Shown in pieces: positions 13,297-27,067 of a stretch of 64,000 nt of DNA. A program made the position numbers and the translations under genes. The DNA comes from Eledone cirrhosa (lineage: Eukaryota). The DNA lies in contig OZ024744.1 of NCBI GenBank assembly GCA_964016885.1, positions 82,894,001 through 82,958,000 of the forward strand, given 5' to 3'. Under the pieces are notes generated by a model. It was not told the origin of the DNA and searched no databases. It saw only the letters and a program-made list of their open reading frames with translations. The first letter of the stretch is position 1. Each line of letters opens with the position of its first letter.

Positions 13297-13750
13297 TCCT
13301 TCGTTCTTTCATTATTTACTTCATTCTTTCTTTCTTTCTTTCTTTCCTTCTTTCTTTCTCAATCTCTCTCCTTCTCTATATCTCTATTAGATATTTCCTT
13401 ATCTCTTTTCCTCTTCTCCCCCCTCTTCTCAGTCTTTCCTATCACATTATATTTTCTCTAAGTCACTTCTTCCTTTTTCCTTCTTTACCATTTAATTCTG
13501 CTATACTTATATATACCTGACTTATTTTTTATAGTTACTTTTTCACGAGCTGCAACTTCAAATCTAACTTTTACCTCATATAAATTCTATATCATTTAAA
13601 CCTCCACACATTCTCACACTTCATCTCTTTCAACTTATACACACACACACGTATACATCTCTCTCTTCACCATCGGATCTTGTTACCCGGAGAATTACCG
13701 ATCTGCATTGTTGAGGCTTCCAAAACGACCTAAAGAAAAAAAAAAATATA

Positions 13751-13827
<77 letters not shown>

Positions 13828-13905
13828 CTAAAATAACAGATTAAAGTTTAAGCAAAGAATCGCTGCTTTCACCCTTAATTTTATTATTATTATTATTATT
13901 ATTAC

Positions 13906-14091
<186 letters not shown>

Positions 14092-14153
14092 TATATATGA
14101 AAGACGTAAAATAAGAAAATTTTAAAAATTAAAAATCAACTTACTAAATTTTC

Positions 14154-14235
14154 ACTTCAACTAATTAGTTTCTGTAATGGGATAAATATAGTTACATAAT
14201 ATAACTATAGAGAATTCATTACGTCATCAGGGAGT
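14154..14235 (-). ncRNA. Hammerhead ribozyme, inverted copy with two substitutions
   Basis: Reverse complement of 15078-15159 with single changes in stem I and stem II. Confidence 0.7.
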
Positions 14236-15077
14236 CTATTCTCAGCTAAGTTTCCAGGCAATGCGCGGACACTAGGAACCCATATAAAAATAATAATTCA
14301 GTGGATGAAATAAAGCTAGCGAGGACTAAATTCCGGAGCACTGAAAAAATTTCACTGCCTCTGATCAGTTGCAGATTCTAAAGAATCAATCACGTGACAC
14401 CGAAGTTAATCAGGAGCGGGGTGGTATTATGACAAGAGCCTACTACTACCATGAAACAGCAGTAAATTTTGGCAAGTTTTGCTCAACAAATAATTTGGAG
14501 ATAAATATAGAGAATTAGTACATCTATCAACATATGTGTACAGATGTACACTCATGCTAGCAAATATATAAGTTATGTCTTAGTACCGATGTATTTATCC
14601 CATTACAGAAACTAATTAATTGGAGTGAAAATTTAGTAAGTAAGTTGATTTTTAATTTTTAAAATTTTCTTATTTTACGTCTTTCATATAATTGTTCTGC
14701 ACCCCCCTGCATAGAACCACATCGGTACTAAGACATAACTTATATATTTGCTAGCATGAGTGTACATCTGTACACATATGTTGGTAGATGTACTAATTCT
14801 CTATATTTATCTCCAAATTATTTGTTGAGCAAAACTTGCCAAAATTTACTGCTGTTTCATGGTAGTAGTAGGCTCTTGTCATAATACCACCCCACTCCTA
14901 ACTGATTAACCTCGGTGTCACGTGATTGATTCTTTAGAATCTGCCACTGATCAGAGGCAGTGAAATTTTTCAGTGCTCCGGAATTTAGTCCTCGCTAGCT
15001 TTATTTCATCCACTGAATTATTATTTTTATATGGGTTCCTAGTGTCCGCACATTGCCTCGAACTTAGCTGAGAATAG

Positions 15078-15159
15078 ACTCCCTGATGACGTAATGAATT
15101 CTCTATAGTTATATTATGTAACTATATTTATCCCATTACGGAAACTAATTAGTTGGAGT
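15078..15159 (+). ncRNA. Type I hammerhead ribozyme with extended stem II and palindromic loop III
   Basis: ACTCC-CTGATGA-CGTAATG...CATTACG-GAAA-CTAATTAG-TT^GGAGT. Stem I is 5 bp; stem II is 7 bp with a distal hairpin ATAGTTAT/GTAACTAT; CTAATTAG is self-complementary. Confidence 0.88.
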
Positions 15160-15327
15160 GAAAATTTAGTAAGTAAGTTGATTTTTAATTTTTAAAATTT
15201 TCTTGTTTTACGTCTTTCATATAATTGTTCTGCACCCCCCTGCATAGAACCACATCGGTACTAAGACATAACTTATATATTTGCTAGCATGAGTGTACAT
15301 GTGTACACATATGTTGGTAGATGTACT

Positions 15328-15488
<161 letters not shown>

Positions 15489-15795
15489 CGTGTGTGTATG
15501 TATAAGTTGAAAGAGATGAAGTGTGAGAATGTGTGGAGGTTTAAATGATATAGAATTTATATGAGGTAAAAGTTAGATTTGAAGTTGCAGCTCGTGAAAA
15601 AGTAACTATAAAAAATAAGTCAGGTATATATAAGTATAGCAGAATTAAATGGTAAAGAAGGAAAAAGGAAGAAGTGACTTAGAGAAAATATAATGTGATA
15701 GGAAAGACTGAGAAGAGGGGGGAGAAGAGGAAAAGAGATGAGGAAATATCTAATAGAGATATAGAGAAGGAGAGAGATTGAGAAAGAAAGAAGGA

Positions 15796-15907
<112 letters not shown>

Positions 15908-15939
15908 ATGAATGAAATAATGAAACAAAGAAGAAATCA

Positions 15940-15979
<40 letters not shown>

Positions 15980-16128
15980 CAGAAAGAAAGAAAGAAAGAG
16001 AGAAAGAAATGATGAAAGAAAGAAACGCGAAAAAAGAAATGAGGAAATAATGTGTGGGTGGAGTAAGAGAGAACTAGTGTGTTGAAAACGGAGAGAAAAG
16101 AGGGAGAGAGAGAGAGAGAGAGAGAGAA

Positions 16129-16217
<89 letters not shown>

Positions 16218-16219
16218 TG

Positions 16220-17270
16220 TCATGAGAAAAACTGCCACTTCTTTACAGAAGAAAGCCATGTCTGTAACGTTCTGCTGGACGGCTATGGACCCGCGAATGA
16301 CTCTGCAAAATTGCCTCGCTACTGCATACTTTTTTTTACAATTATCACACACATAAGTCCTTTGGACATTTTTGAATGTAACTTGCTCCATATGCACACT
16401 CATGTGTCGCTTGAGTCAGGCAGCAGACATGCAAACCTTGTCCCCAAACTGACACGAAACTCTGCAGGCTTTTCAGGCAGGACATCAACATAATTGGTCC
16501 CAGACTGCTGATTGCTATGAGCTCTTAAACAATTAGCCAACGCAGCACGTGAACAACTTTTCCGCAGATGTTATAGACATGATCCGACTGGATATCTTCC
16601 GTGACTGTGTCTACATCACCTTTCATAAGTGCTCTTTTAAACACTGAATACTCATTCCTTTTGACCTCAAAGTGATAACAACCACCATAAGCCATATTTC
16701 TGCAACCTGATAAACTCTCTGCCTCGTCTTCCCAATCCTTGATACTAACACCAAGAATCCTCAGGATGCATTTAACAACATCTTTGACACATTTTTTTGT
16801 GGGATTAACCGAGAGTTAGCTCTCCATACCAAATTTTCTTATGCAACCTCTTATCTCCCATCTGCTTTAAATGCCCTGCCCGATGCAGTTGTTTTCGAAT
16901 GAGCGGTTTTTCTATGCTGGATGAATTGGCCCGCAAAAGAACAACTTCCACTAAATGTCCACAATACGCCTTAGGCATGTTTAGTGGAATCTTTCTAATG
17001 TCTTGAGATGATGCCAGAATGTGGTACCATGTCTCTGAAGAGTACAAGAGAACAGTCAGGATAGAACATGGGTAGACATTTATCTTAGTGCCAATCGAGA
17101 TGACTATGCCCGACCAGACTCGTCCCTTCCAACCTAGTGAATGCTTTGCTGTCATTTTTTAAATTCTTAGTTTAATTTTGGAATCCAATGAACGATCTAT
17201 GGAGAGAGCATTACCAAGGGAGACAAATGTGTCAACAACGTTCAATTTCTGACCCTGAACAAAGATGCAT
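16220..17270 (-). pseudogene. Decayed RTE-clade LINE 3' fragment
   Basis: TKINVY...LTVLLYSSETW and HRAGHL.QMGDKRLHKKIWYGEL, plus a C-terminal CDNC, are typical of the post-RT region of RTE ORFs. The region has frameshifts and stops. Confidence 0.75.
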
Positions 17271-17375
17271 ATATATGTATTCTTGATAAAGTCATTCACT
17301 TAGAATTTACTACGTTCCATTTTTCAATCAATATTCGTTCATTAAATTCATTCCGCTAATCACACATCTTGCTAC

Positions 17376-17406
<31 letters not shown>

Positions 17407-17425
17407 GATGATACATACACATATA

Positions 17426-17733
17426 CAGTTGTCCCCTGGTATTCGCGGGGTTTACGTTCATAGAGCACCTCCGAATATTGGACGTAGTCCATAAAAATGC
17501 CTATAAACGTCAAAACATAAGGTAAAATATAGGTCGACAAATACGGTATATCGTTATCAATAATTTAGCGTTGAAAACGTGAAAAAATATATATTGCCAC
17601 GAAAATAGCCATAAAAAATCGCAGAAGATATTTACGATTCTGCAAATATGCGTTGGTTTTCACGAATAATTATTAATTAGATTCCGAAGAAAATACCGCG
17701 AATAAACGAGACTGCGAATGCCCCGGATACACA

Positions 17734-17734
<1 letters not shown>
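17426..17734. mobile_element. Tigger/pogo-like MITE (degenerate)
   Basis: Left end TA|CAGTTGTCCCCTGGTATTCGCGG. The degenerate right end is CCGCGAATA...GCGAATGCCCCGGATACACAG|TA. Confidence 0.5.
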
Positions 17735-17768
<34 letters not shown>

Positions 17769-17916
17769 TATATATATATTGTTATACTTTGGGAGGGTCA
17801 TGTTGCCAATAAGACACACACGCACCAGTTGCTTTCACTTCAATTTATTATATATTTATATATTTATAACAATATCGGTTTCAACACACGATTTCAGATA
17901 AACAAATTCAAAAACG

Positions 17917-17954
<38 letters not shown>

Positions 17955-17960
<6 letters not shown>

Positions 17961-18385
17961 ATAAAATGTGGAGAGGAAGCACACGAGGGAGAAAGAGACG
18001 ATTATGAAGAGTTCCACATTATGCACGTTTTTTTTTTCCTTTTTCTTTTTTCTTTTCACTTCTTAAACCTTGTTTGTATATAACATTATTCTTTCTGCAC
18101 CTTCTGTTTAACATGTGCGACACCATACTAATACATTTCACTATCATTTGATAAGGCATATAAATGCTGAAACCGGTAATAGACAATAATTAAATATATA
18201 AATAGATAAATAAATGCCATTGTTAAATAATAAATAAATCAACTAATACCTTAACACTTCACACAAAGTAAAATATTTCGTTTTAATCATTTTCTAACCC
18301 AGAAAATAGAGAGAGAGAAACAAAAAAAGGAAAAAAAAATATTTTTCTTCCTCATAATCGTCCCCTTCTCCCTGTTTTCATATAT
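17955..18385 (+). mobile_element. Solo Penelope pseudo-LTR with short inverted 5' piece
   Basis: 18015-18385 matches 35340-35690; 17955-18010 matches pLTR 3'-end sequence (35650-35730) in reverse. Contains TTGATAA-GGCAT ATAA ATGCT-GAAA-CCGG-TA. Flanked by (TA)n. Confidence 0.8.
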
Positions 18386-18616
18386 ATATAAATATATATA
18401 TATAATACAGAGAGACGTTCAGCAAGCGTGCTGTAAGGCTACGTTGAGAGTAATTGAACCCTAGTTTATAACATAATATCTGAAGAAGGATATTCTGTTA
18501 TAAAATCTGAGTTTCTAGAAGACCCAACCAACATTTGCCGTACCGTGCACACTTCATTATAAACATTTCGGAACCTGAGATAACTGACATTTCAAAAGTG
18601 GTTGCTATCATTGCAG

Positions 18617-18694
18617 TTGTGTCCAAGGACAACGAAGGTTTCGAATGGCAACTTATCCAAAAAGGAAGCGATTGGTCAAGCTGCACTACTTCAG
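18617..18694 (+). CDS. Candidate host exon (78 nt)
   Basis: TTGCAG| acceptor and strong CAG|GTGAGA donor. Length is a multiple of 3 and all three frames are open (phase 0: LCPRTTKVSNGNLSKKEAIGQAALLQ). Confidence 0.45.
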
Positions 18695-18899
18695 GTGAGA
18701 TATAGTGTCTAGGCTGGGTGTGTAGAGTATGTCGATTTCTGACCCCATTTCTCTTACGTTTGCTATTTAACTTCTTTCTTTTCTTTCCTTTTCTTTCTTT
18801 TTTTTGGCAAACATTATATAGTCCAATAGAAATTTATTTAATAAAAATAGTAATATTTCTAAGGGGCATTATACTTTTTCGTCACCATGACAGTGACGT

Positions 18900-20480
18900 C
18901 GTCCGCATATGCTGACACAGCCCTTCCGCTTTCTGGCTCTGATGTGGTTGGGTAAATGTGATGTGGAATGATTTCGATAGATGGCCGTTGACTTTGACCA
19001 CCAAGCAGATGCTGCTGTGCATTGCAGCGATCCAGCCACTGAAGACAGGACTGAAGACGACTGCCTTGAAGACAGCATCCAGGTGACGATGGTCATCACT
19101 ATAGAAAGCTTTTCATTGATCCAAATTGATCAGAGTCCTACCAAAGCCAGGTTTACTCCCCTCTCAATCTCTTTACTTCATGCTATGAGGACCATCGATT
19201 CTTCATTAACCCTAGTACAAAGTTTTCTGTAAGTTGTGTTATTTGTGGCTGATTTTGTGTTTGTTTTCTTTTAGTTGTCATTGGTTGTGGCTGGTTGTCG
19301 TTGTTGGTGCTTGTGTTGCTAGTTGGAGTGGAGATGAAGTTGGTGTTGTTTCAGATGTGTTTGTTTGGTGTGAGTGTGCGTCTTGTGTTCACTGGATGTT
19401 GAATATTGGTGTCTGGCAGGGAATGTTAGATGATGTGGTGTGTGTCTTTAAAAACTTTTTTGGTTTGTGAGTTTCCTCTTCTCCTGCACAACCAGACCTT
19501 CGCTTTTAAAGAGCACTGAAATGCCCGCAAACATCCTTGACCTGGGGATGTGTTGTACGTTGGGCATTATTTCTTTCAGTTAACCTCGGCGGTATTTGAA
19601 CACTCTGAATTCAAATCCCGCTGAGGTTTACTTTGCCTTTCATCCTTACGGGGTCGATAAAATAAATTACCAGTAATGCACTGGAAAATTGCTGGCCTTG
19701 TGCCAAAAGTAGAAACAATTATTTCTTTCAGTGCTCTTTCTACCACACCATGATTTGTTGTCTCCGGCCGTTTCGTTTCTTTGGATACACATTTGTACGT
19801 AACCGTCTTTTTCTGTGTTTACCCCAAAATGTCGGCGTGGGGTGGATGTAATGGCTACGCCAGCCTAGGATTTACTAATTTTATCAGTTTGGCTGCTCCA
19901 GCGAAACATGTGTCCTTTTCAGCGTTGTTCATGCAAAAGACTTCGGTATTTCTGGCAGCTGTTGCTGCAAAATTATTGTTGTTGTTCTTGTTTCTGTTAT
20001 TGTTGTTGTTATTATTGTTATCATTATTGTCCTACTTATTGTTATTCATGTTGTTATTGTTATTGTTAATCATGCTGCTGTTATCATTTGTGTTGTCGCT
20101 GTCGTCTGTGTTAGTGTTACTTTTATTTTTCCTTCAGTTGTTGCAGAGGTGGTCGTAGTCGTGATCGTGGTGGTGAGAGTGTTGCCTGTGCTTACTGTCG
20201 TTGTGATGGAGGCAGCGGCGTTCACAATGGTAGACATTTGCAGAAGAATAAAGACTATTTGATCTACGGCTGCTGAACGAGATAATAAGTTTTTGTTAAT
20301 AAGTACTGAACGAGATAATAAGTTTTTGATAATAAGTACTGTTGTTGCCGCTACTGTTATTTTCTTCCTAAATTTTGCCGTTCCACTTCATTGAAAGTTG
20401 GCCATTCCGTTTAGCGGACGCAAATAATTTTATCCACCGTCTTGATTTCCTCAAGAAATAGAGGGACGTGTTCGGTAAAC
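18900..20480 (-). pseudogene. Old, internally deleted L1/Tx1-clade LINE remnant
   Basis: 18950-19160 in reverse matches the RT region at 42016-42210 (LINLDQ.KAF.VDH). 19230-20200 retains ORF1-like segments (VERA, FAATAAR and an Asn-rich tract). Confidence 0.7.
19581..19717 (+). mobile_element. SINE with 5' inversion and 15-bp TSD, nested in the Tx1 remnant
   Basis: ATTATTTCTTTCAGT at 19566-19580 and 19718-19732. The 5' end is a fold-back: TAACCTCGGCGGTATTTGAA...TTCAAATCCCGCTGAGGTTTA. Confidence 0.8.
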
Positions 20481-20649
20481 AAACGTAGGTTAACCCCTAA
20501 GAGCTACAGTAAGAGTTAATCTAATCAGCTCAAAACAGTTACAAATGTGCAATATTCTAGATTGAATAACAGTGTGTAATTAGAAGACACTTATGGAACG
20601 ATTTATGACGTTTTGTTGAGTCACGAAACATTGGCCTGTTAGCACTCGG

Positions 20650-21006
20650 CCAGTAATTACTCCAGTGCATTACAGGTGTTTTATTTTATCGACCCCATAA
20701 GGATGAACGGTAAAGTTGACCTCGGCATGATTTGAACTCATACGGTAAAGGGCCGTAACTCTATGTTGCAAAGCATAGCGCATAATGATAAGGGTTTCTG
20801 ATTTAGGCACAAGGCCAGCAATTTTGAGAGAAGGGATTGTAGATTAAATCTAGCCCAGTGCGTGACTGATACTTTATTTCATCGACCCCAGTTAAGATGA
20901 AGGGTAAAGCTAACCTCGACGGGATTTGAACTCAGAAAGTAAAGGGCCATAATTCTATGCCGTAAAAACATGTTGTCCGACGTTCTATCAATACTACCAA
21001 TCCACC

Positions 21007-21008
<2 letters not shown>
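20650..21008 (-). mobile_element. Two tandem tRNA-derived SINE copies next to (AAT)n
   Basis: The core TTTATCGACCCC...GGATGAA and the B box GGATTTGAACTC each occur twice. Confidence 0.8.
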
Positions 21009-21060
<52 letters not shown>

Positions 21061-21283
21061 GTGATTATTCTCAATATTACCATAACTTAAGCCATTTCCA
21101 TGACCCATCATCCACTACGCATGGCCATCTTCACCCATATTCCCCCAAAACCAATAATAAACAAATACAAAAATATTAACAAAAACAGCATGAAATAACA
21201 ACAAAATCAACATCATCCCCGTTTATTCATCAGTCTTGTTTAAATGCGAATGTGGAAAATAATAAAGAAAAAATAGGGGAAAG

Positions 21284-21398
<115 letters not shown>

Positions 21399-21669
21399 TT
21401 TTCTTATTAGAAAATAAAATAAAATAAAATATAAAGATAAATACCCCAATAACATTCTTTCTTGGAATTCATTGTCTGCTAGTGGAGCTGAGACAAACAA
21501 ATTGCCATCCCTGGCATCTTTCTGGTCCCCCCTCCCCCACACTCTCACTATCTCGCTCTCGCTCTCTCTCGCTTTCTCTCTTTCCCGTCTCTTCCTTTTC
21601 CCACTCTCTGTCTAGCTATGACTTCTTTCATTCTGTCTTCTCCTCTCCTCCCCTTGTCTCTTCGTTCAG

Positions 21670-21710
21670 ACACTATTCCATAGAAGTATACTCGAATGCC
21701 AGAACGAATG
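21670..21710 (+). CDS. Candidate host microexon (41 nt)
   Basis: Long polypyrimidine tract ending TTCAG| and strong donor ATG|GTAAGA. Phase 0 reads TLFHRSILECQNE; phase 2 reads HYSIEVYSNARTN. Confidence 0.5.
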
Positions 21711-22185
21711 GTAAGAGTTTTCCGAAGTATAATGTAAATGGCGCTTCAGCTAAAGACTTGTATTGGCGAAAGTCTTGTTTGGAAGAGTGGAGAGAGAATG
21801 GCGGAAGGTTGTGAGGATGTGGTGACATCACCAATAAAATAAGTCCATTGCTTGGCTATGAGGATGTGTAGTATAGCGTTGCATGATTGTATGTGAGATG
21901 GTTAGTGTCTGTGAATACTCCTTTGCGTTTGAATGTAGACATATCTACGTGTGTGTGTGCATTTACGTGAGTAAGCATACATGCAAATATGTGTGTATGT
22001 ATGTGTGTATGTGTATGCATGTATGCATGTATGTATGCATGTATGCATGTATGCATGTATGTATTTATGTGCGTATTTGTGTATGTATTTATTCATGTAT
22101 TTGTATATTTATGTATGTTTGTGTGTATATGTCCATGTATGCCATATATGGCAGGCATATGTGCGTGTGTATATATATATATATA

Positions 22186-22230
<45 letters not shown>

Positions 22231-22377
22231 ATGTACGTATATACATATGTACGTGAATATTTATAGGCTTTACATGTACCTTTTTTTATGTCTAAGATTT
22301 TATGTATATGTGATGAGTTAAGGATTGTGTGAAAATGTAACCTATGAGTAAGCATGTGACAAAGAGAGAGAGAGAGA

Positions 22378-22486
<109 letters not shown>

Positions 22487-22799
22487 GTGAAGAGAAATGA
22501 TGATGAGGAAAGAGGCATTTCAATGTGGGTTTATATAGAGATGTCTGTTCTGTATAAAATGTGAAGTTAGTTGAAGGAATGTTTATGTATGACTTTGTAA
22601 ATATGCCTTCATCAGTATGTGTGTTTGTAGCTGTATGTCTGTGTAAAACAGGTCCCAGTCATATATGCAGACCATAGGTTCGTGTGTGTTTATGTGCGCG
22701 CGCGTGTGTATGTATGTGTGTGTGTGTGTGTGTTTGTATGTATTTTCACATATAAACATACGAGTAGTTGCATTTTGAAAAAGATAGTGTAAGTATATG

Positions 22800-22863
<64 letters not shown>

Positions 22864-23905
22864 TATATATGTATGTGTGCGTGTGTGTCTGTGTGTGCGT
22901 GTGTGTCTGTGAGTGTGTGTGTGAGTGTGTGCACGCGTGTGTGTTTTCACATACAAACACACATGCATATATTTGCATTTTGAACAAAAGAATGTGTGTA
23001 AGTATATATGTATTTTATATATATATATATATGTGTGTGTGGGTGGGTGTGTGTGTGAATGTGTGCGTGCGTGTGTCTGTATGTATACACATGCATTAAT
23101 GCGTAAGGTGTACACGTGAGAATGTATCTTAATGATTCTATACACCGACACCTCTATGTCGATGGTAGTTCAAATAAAATGGAGTGTGTATTCACTTTAA
23201 CATTTCACACACACGTATGTATGCACACGTTTTCATTTTGTCTGTTTCAACATTTTGTGTGTGTGACTGTGTGTGTGCTTGTGTATGCGTGTGTGAGTGT
23301 GAATGCTTGTGACTGTTTGTGTGTGTGTGTGAGTGTATTTGTACACAGCATTATCAAGGCAAACACAAACGCTTATGTCTGAGTTCGTTGAGAAGGTGAG
23401 AATCAAATGAAAGTGGAGAAAGAAGTAATAGACAGACTATGTCCTCAGAAACCAGAAAAAGAGGTACTGAAGTAGCAAATGGGGAGGGGGGAGAATGGGA
23501 GAGAGAGGAGATTGAGGGAAAGGGTGAGAGAGAGAGAGAGAGAGGGGGGGATTCAGTGAAAGAGAGAGAAAGAAAAACAGAGACAGATAGGCAGACAGAA
23601 AAGTAGTCGGGGAAGGAAAGATATCTTAAAATGAAGGAAGGACAGTATGAAAATGAATGAATTGTGGTTGAGAAATTCTTGGTAAAGACAAAATAATCTT
23701 AAGTTTATGTATGTAACACATACACAGACACACAGTCACACACACACACAGACATATATATATACATATATATATATATGCGTGCGTGTGTGTGTGTGCG
23801 TGTGTGCGTGTTTGTGTTACATGTATAAATTTAGGATTATTTTGTCTTTACCTTGCTTCTGGCATGGTCGTTGTTTTTTCATTTTGAAACGTGTGTTTCC
23901 TGTAG

Positions 23906-23940
23906 ATGGTCAAGCCTGGATTACCTTCTCCTTGATGTGA
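23906..23940 (+). CDS. Candidate terminal exon start
   Basis: TTTCCTGTAG| acceptor, then DGQAWITFSLM-stop (or an immediate TG|A stop in the alternative frame), then ~400 bp of unique UTR-like sequence. Confidence 0.35.
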
Positions 23941-24358
23941 CGCCACTGGTCACTGAAAGTTAAAGACTACTACTACATTCAGTTGTGTTCAGTAACGTGA
24001 TGTGACGCCGTACGGAACTTTCCATTCAGGGGATAACTCCTGCTGACGACATAACGCCTGCCAACTTACGTAATGCATATTAACTTCACCTAATTTTTGC
24101 ACATGGCGAATCCATTCAAACTACCGACGGCAAGTCGAAATCTTAGAAACTGTTGCCACGGTCTGAGTAACTCAAATTTCCTACCCACACGAAGTCATCC
24201 TCCGTACTGATTAACGCATAAGTGAACACTCTAAACGGTTAGGACGGAATTTTAATAACATGGACTTGATTAAATTATTGAGTCAATGAGTAAACGACTG
24301 AAGCTGAGTCCATTCCATTCTATTCGATAAGCTTCGTTCTATAATTTTATATATATAA

Positions 24359-24442
<84 letters not shown>

Positions 24443-25237
24443 GTGCGTAGATACCGGGTTTAATCGGGGGTAACCATAGTAGGTAAGGTACTCAATTCAT
24501 AGTAGAGTATAAATGTTTAATATTAATGTTTATAATTGTTTAATATTGTCTGATGACCTCGTGATGAACTAGCGAAACTCCATAGCAAAAAAAACCCTCA
24601 CTATTTAGCCTTAATAAGATTAATATTTAACTCTACTTCGGTTTTGAGTACTCATACGGATATATATATATATGTATGTATGTATATATGTATGTATGTA
24701 TGTATATGTGTATATACATATATATATGAGAGTGTGTATATTTATGTGTGTCTCTTTGAGTGTGTGTGTGTGTGTTTGTATATGTGTGTGTACGTTTTGG
24801 TTTCAGGGAAATACGTATATTTGGTATGCTTACATTCTATATACTAAAAATATATACATATATATATATCCGTTTACGCAGTCCCTGTTACCCCAAACTT
24901 TCTCATATACACCAATTGTTTTTCGCACAGATTACTATATATCTTTATTAACTACCAGCATGTGTGCCTCATTTACGTGTTGCCTTCTGGTTTTCAGATG
25001 ATATTCATACCTTCTTATGAGGAATCAAAGTAGGTCTCAAATCGATTCAAGAATATCATTTATATTCAATTTACGGGGAAATGAGTATATTTGGCAGGCT
25101 CACACATTCATAATGTCTAATTGTAAATTTATATAGATATCTATTTAATCCTTTATTATTTACACATACAGATATAAGTTTATCATATATTTCGGCTTTG
25201 CACACACATTTACACAACCATACCCATACACATATGA

Positions 25238-25308
<71 letters not shown>

Positions 25309-25444
25309 TAAATCCACCAATTATTGGTAGGGTCTACTAAACCGTATGAAGAACTCAATGTAATCCGTATGTAGAAGATGTCGTGAAGCAAAGTTTAAAA
25401 TACAAAATTTTCAACGATATCATTTATTGGATACAAAGTCAAAA

Positions 25445-25655
25445 ATACAAATAGTGAAACAATGAAATTGGGGGGTACTTCCCCGTATGTCCATTCTATT
25501 ATTAATCTATGTAAAATATATTACAAAATATCATAGTATAGATCAATAATAAAATGGACATACGGGGAACTACCCCCCAGAAACGACCGTAAAATAATGA
25601 GTCTTACTATGAATTAACCGCTTTTTGTTTAATTTCATTGTTTCACTATTTGTAC
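25445..25655. repeat. Nested fold-back with hammerhead 3'-half-like motif
   Basis: Outer IR CAAATAGTGAAACAATGAAATT/AATTTCATTGTTTCACTATTTG. An inner IR with ~40-bp arms is followed by GAAA-CGACCG-TA. Confidence 0.65.
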
Positions 25656-25656
25656 G

Positions 25657-25761
<105 letters not shown>

Positions 25762-25796
25762 GAATATGTATGTATAAATATATATATATCACCAAG

Positions 25797-26869
25797 GATC
25801 TTCAGCAAGGGAGAAGATTTAACTATCTGTGTTTACACATCAAATGTAAATCTGCGAATGACCCGTTGCACGTGTCGCCTTTCTAAAACTATACACATCG
25901 TGCTAACGTCATCCCAGTGGCGTGAATAGGATTATCGACAGCTAAAAATAGCAGCCGAGTCCTTTCAACTGAGTTAGCTCTACCATCAAGGGGCCGTGTA
26001 TATATCCAAAATTAAATTAAGGGAGTCATGTCCGAGACATGCGCCCTATCCACCGTAGAATAAGCTCAAAGATTCCAATGAATAGATCCGAGCATTATAT
26101 ATCAACTAGAAATTGATTGACATATATATATATAAAATAAAAACATGAAACAATCACAGGGGATAATTTGTAAAGTGTGTAAGCACACACAGCTAGGTAG
26201 ATAACTAATTAAAGTTTAACTAGAACTTCAAATATAGATACCTTTTAAAAATGATTAATCTTCCTTGTATATATTTCATTAAAGAAATGTATTTCACCAG
26301 TAATCCGTAAACTCACAGTAGTCAAATTCCGGATCTTCAGAAAGCCCCTTGATTGTAGAGCTAACTCAGTTGAAAGGACTTGGCTGTTATTTCTAACTGT
26401 CGATAATCCTATTCACGCCACTGGGATGACTCTGGCACGATGTGTGTAGTTTTAGAAATGCAACACGTGCGACGGGTCATTCGCAGATTTACATTTGATG
26501 TGTAAACACAGATAGTTAAATCTTCTCCCTTGCTGAAGAATCGAAAATTTGACTAATGTGAGTTTACGGATTAGTGGCGAAATATATTTCTTTAATGAAA
26601 TATATACAAGGAAGACTAATCATTTTTAAAACGTATCTATATTCGAAGTTCTAGTTAAACTTTAATTAGTTACCTACCTAGCTGTGTGTGTTTACACACT
26701 TTACAAATTATCCCCTGTGATTGTTTCATGTGTTTATTTTAGATAGATATATATGTCAATCAATTTCTAGTTGATATAAAATGCTCGGATCTATTCATTG
26801 GAAGCTTTGAGCTTATTCTACGGTGGATATGGCGCATGTCTCGGACATGACTCCCTTAATTTAATTTTG

Positions 26870-26872
<3 letters not shown>
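25797..26872. mobile_element. Retrozyme-like element: two inverted, circularly permuted ~535-bp monomers
   Basis: 25797-25994 is the reverse complement of 26344-26540. 26005-26340 is the reverse complement of 26533-26872. GATCTTCAG occurs at 25797 and 26332. Flanked by (TA)n. Confidence 0.85.
26528..26611 (+). ncRNA. Candidate hammerhead with branched stem II region
   Basis: CCTTG-CTGAAGA-[57 nt forming two hairpins]-GAAA-TATA-TA^CAAGG. Stem I is 5 bp and loop III is palindromic, but stem II closure is atypical. Confidence 0.5.
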
Positions 26873-26904
<32 letters not shown>

Positions 26905-26979
26905 TTATGTGTGTGTGTGAGTCTGTGTCTCAGTGTATGTGTGTCTGTGTGTGTGTGTATGAGTGTGTGTGTGTGTGTG

Positions 26980-27067
<88 letters not shown>

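Noticed and set aside
17863-17906. Minus-strand GTTTAT-CTGAAA...GAAAC...GTT-ATAAAT
   Set aside because: Stem I pairs, but the core and stem II are incomplete. At best a dead remnant.
24545-24592. CTGATGA...GAAAC motif inside an imperfect inverted repeat
   Set aside because: Stems I and II and the UH site are all mismatched. Possibly a decayed hammerhead, but not supportable.
24989-25045. CAGATGA followed by a stem
   Set aside because: GAAA is missing (CAAA) and stem I is weak.
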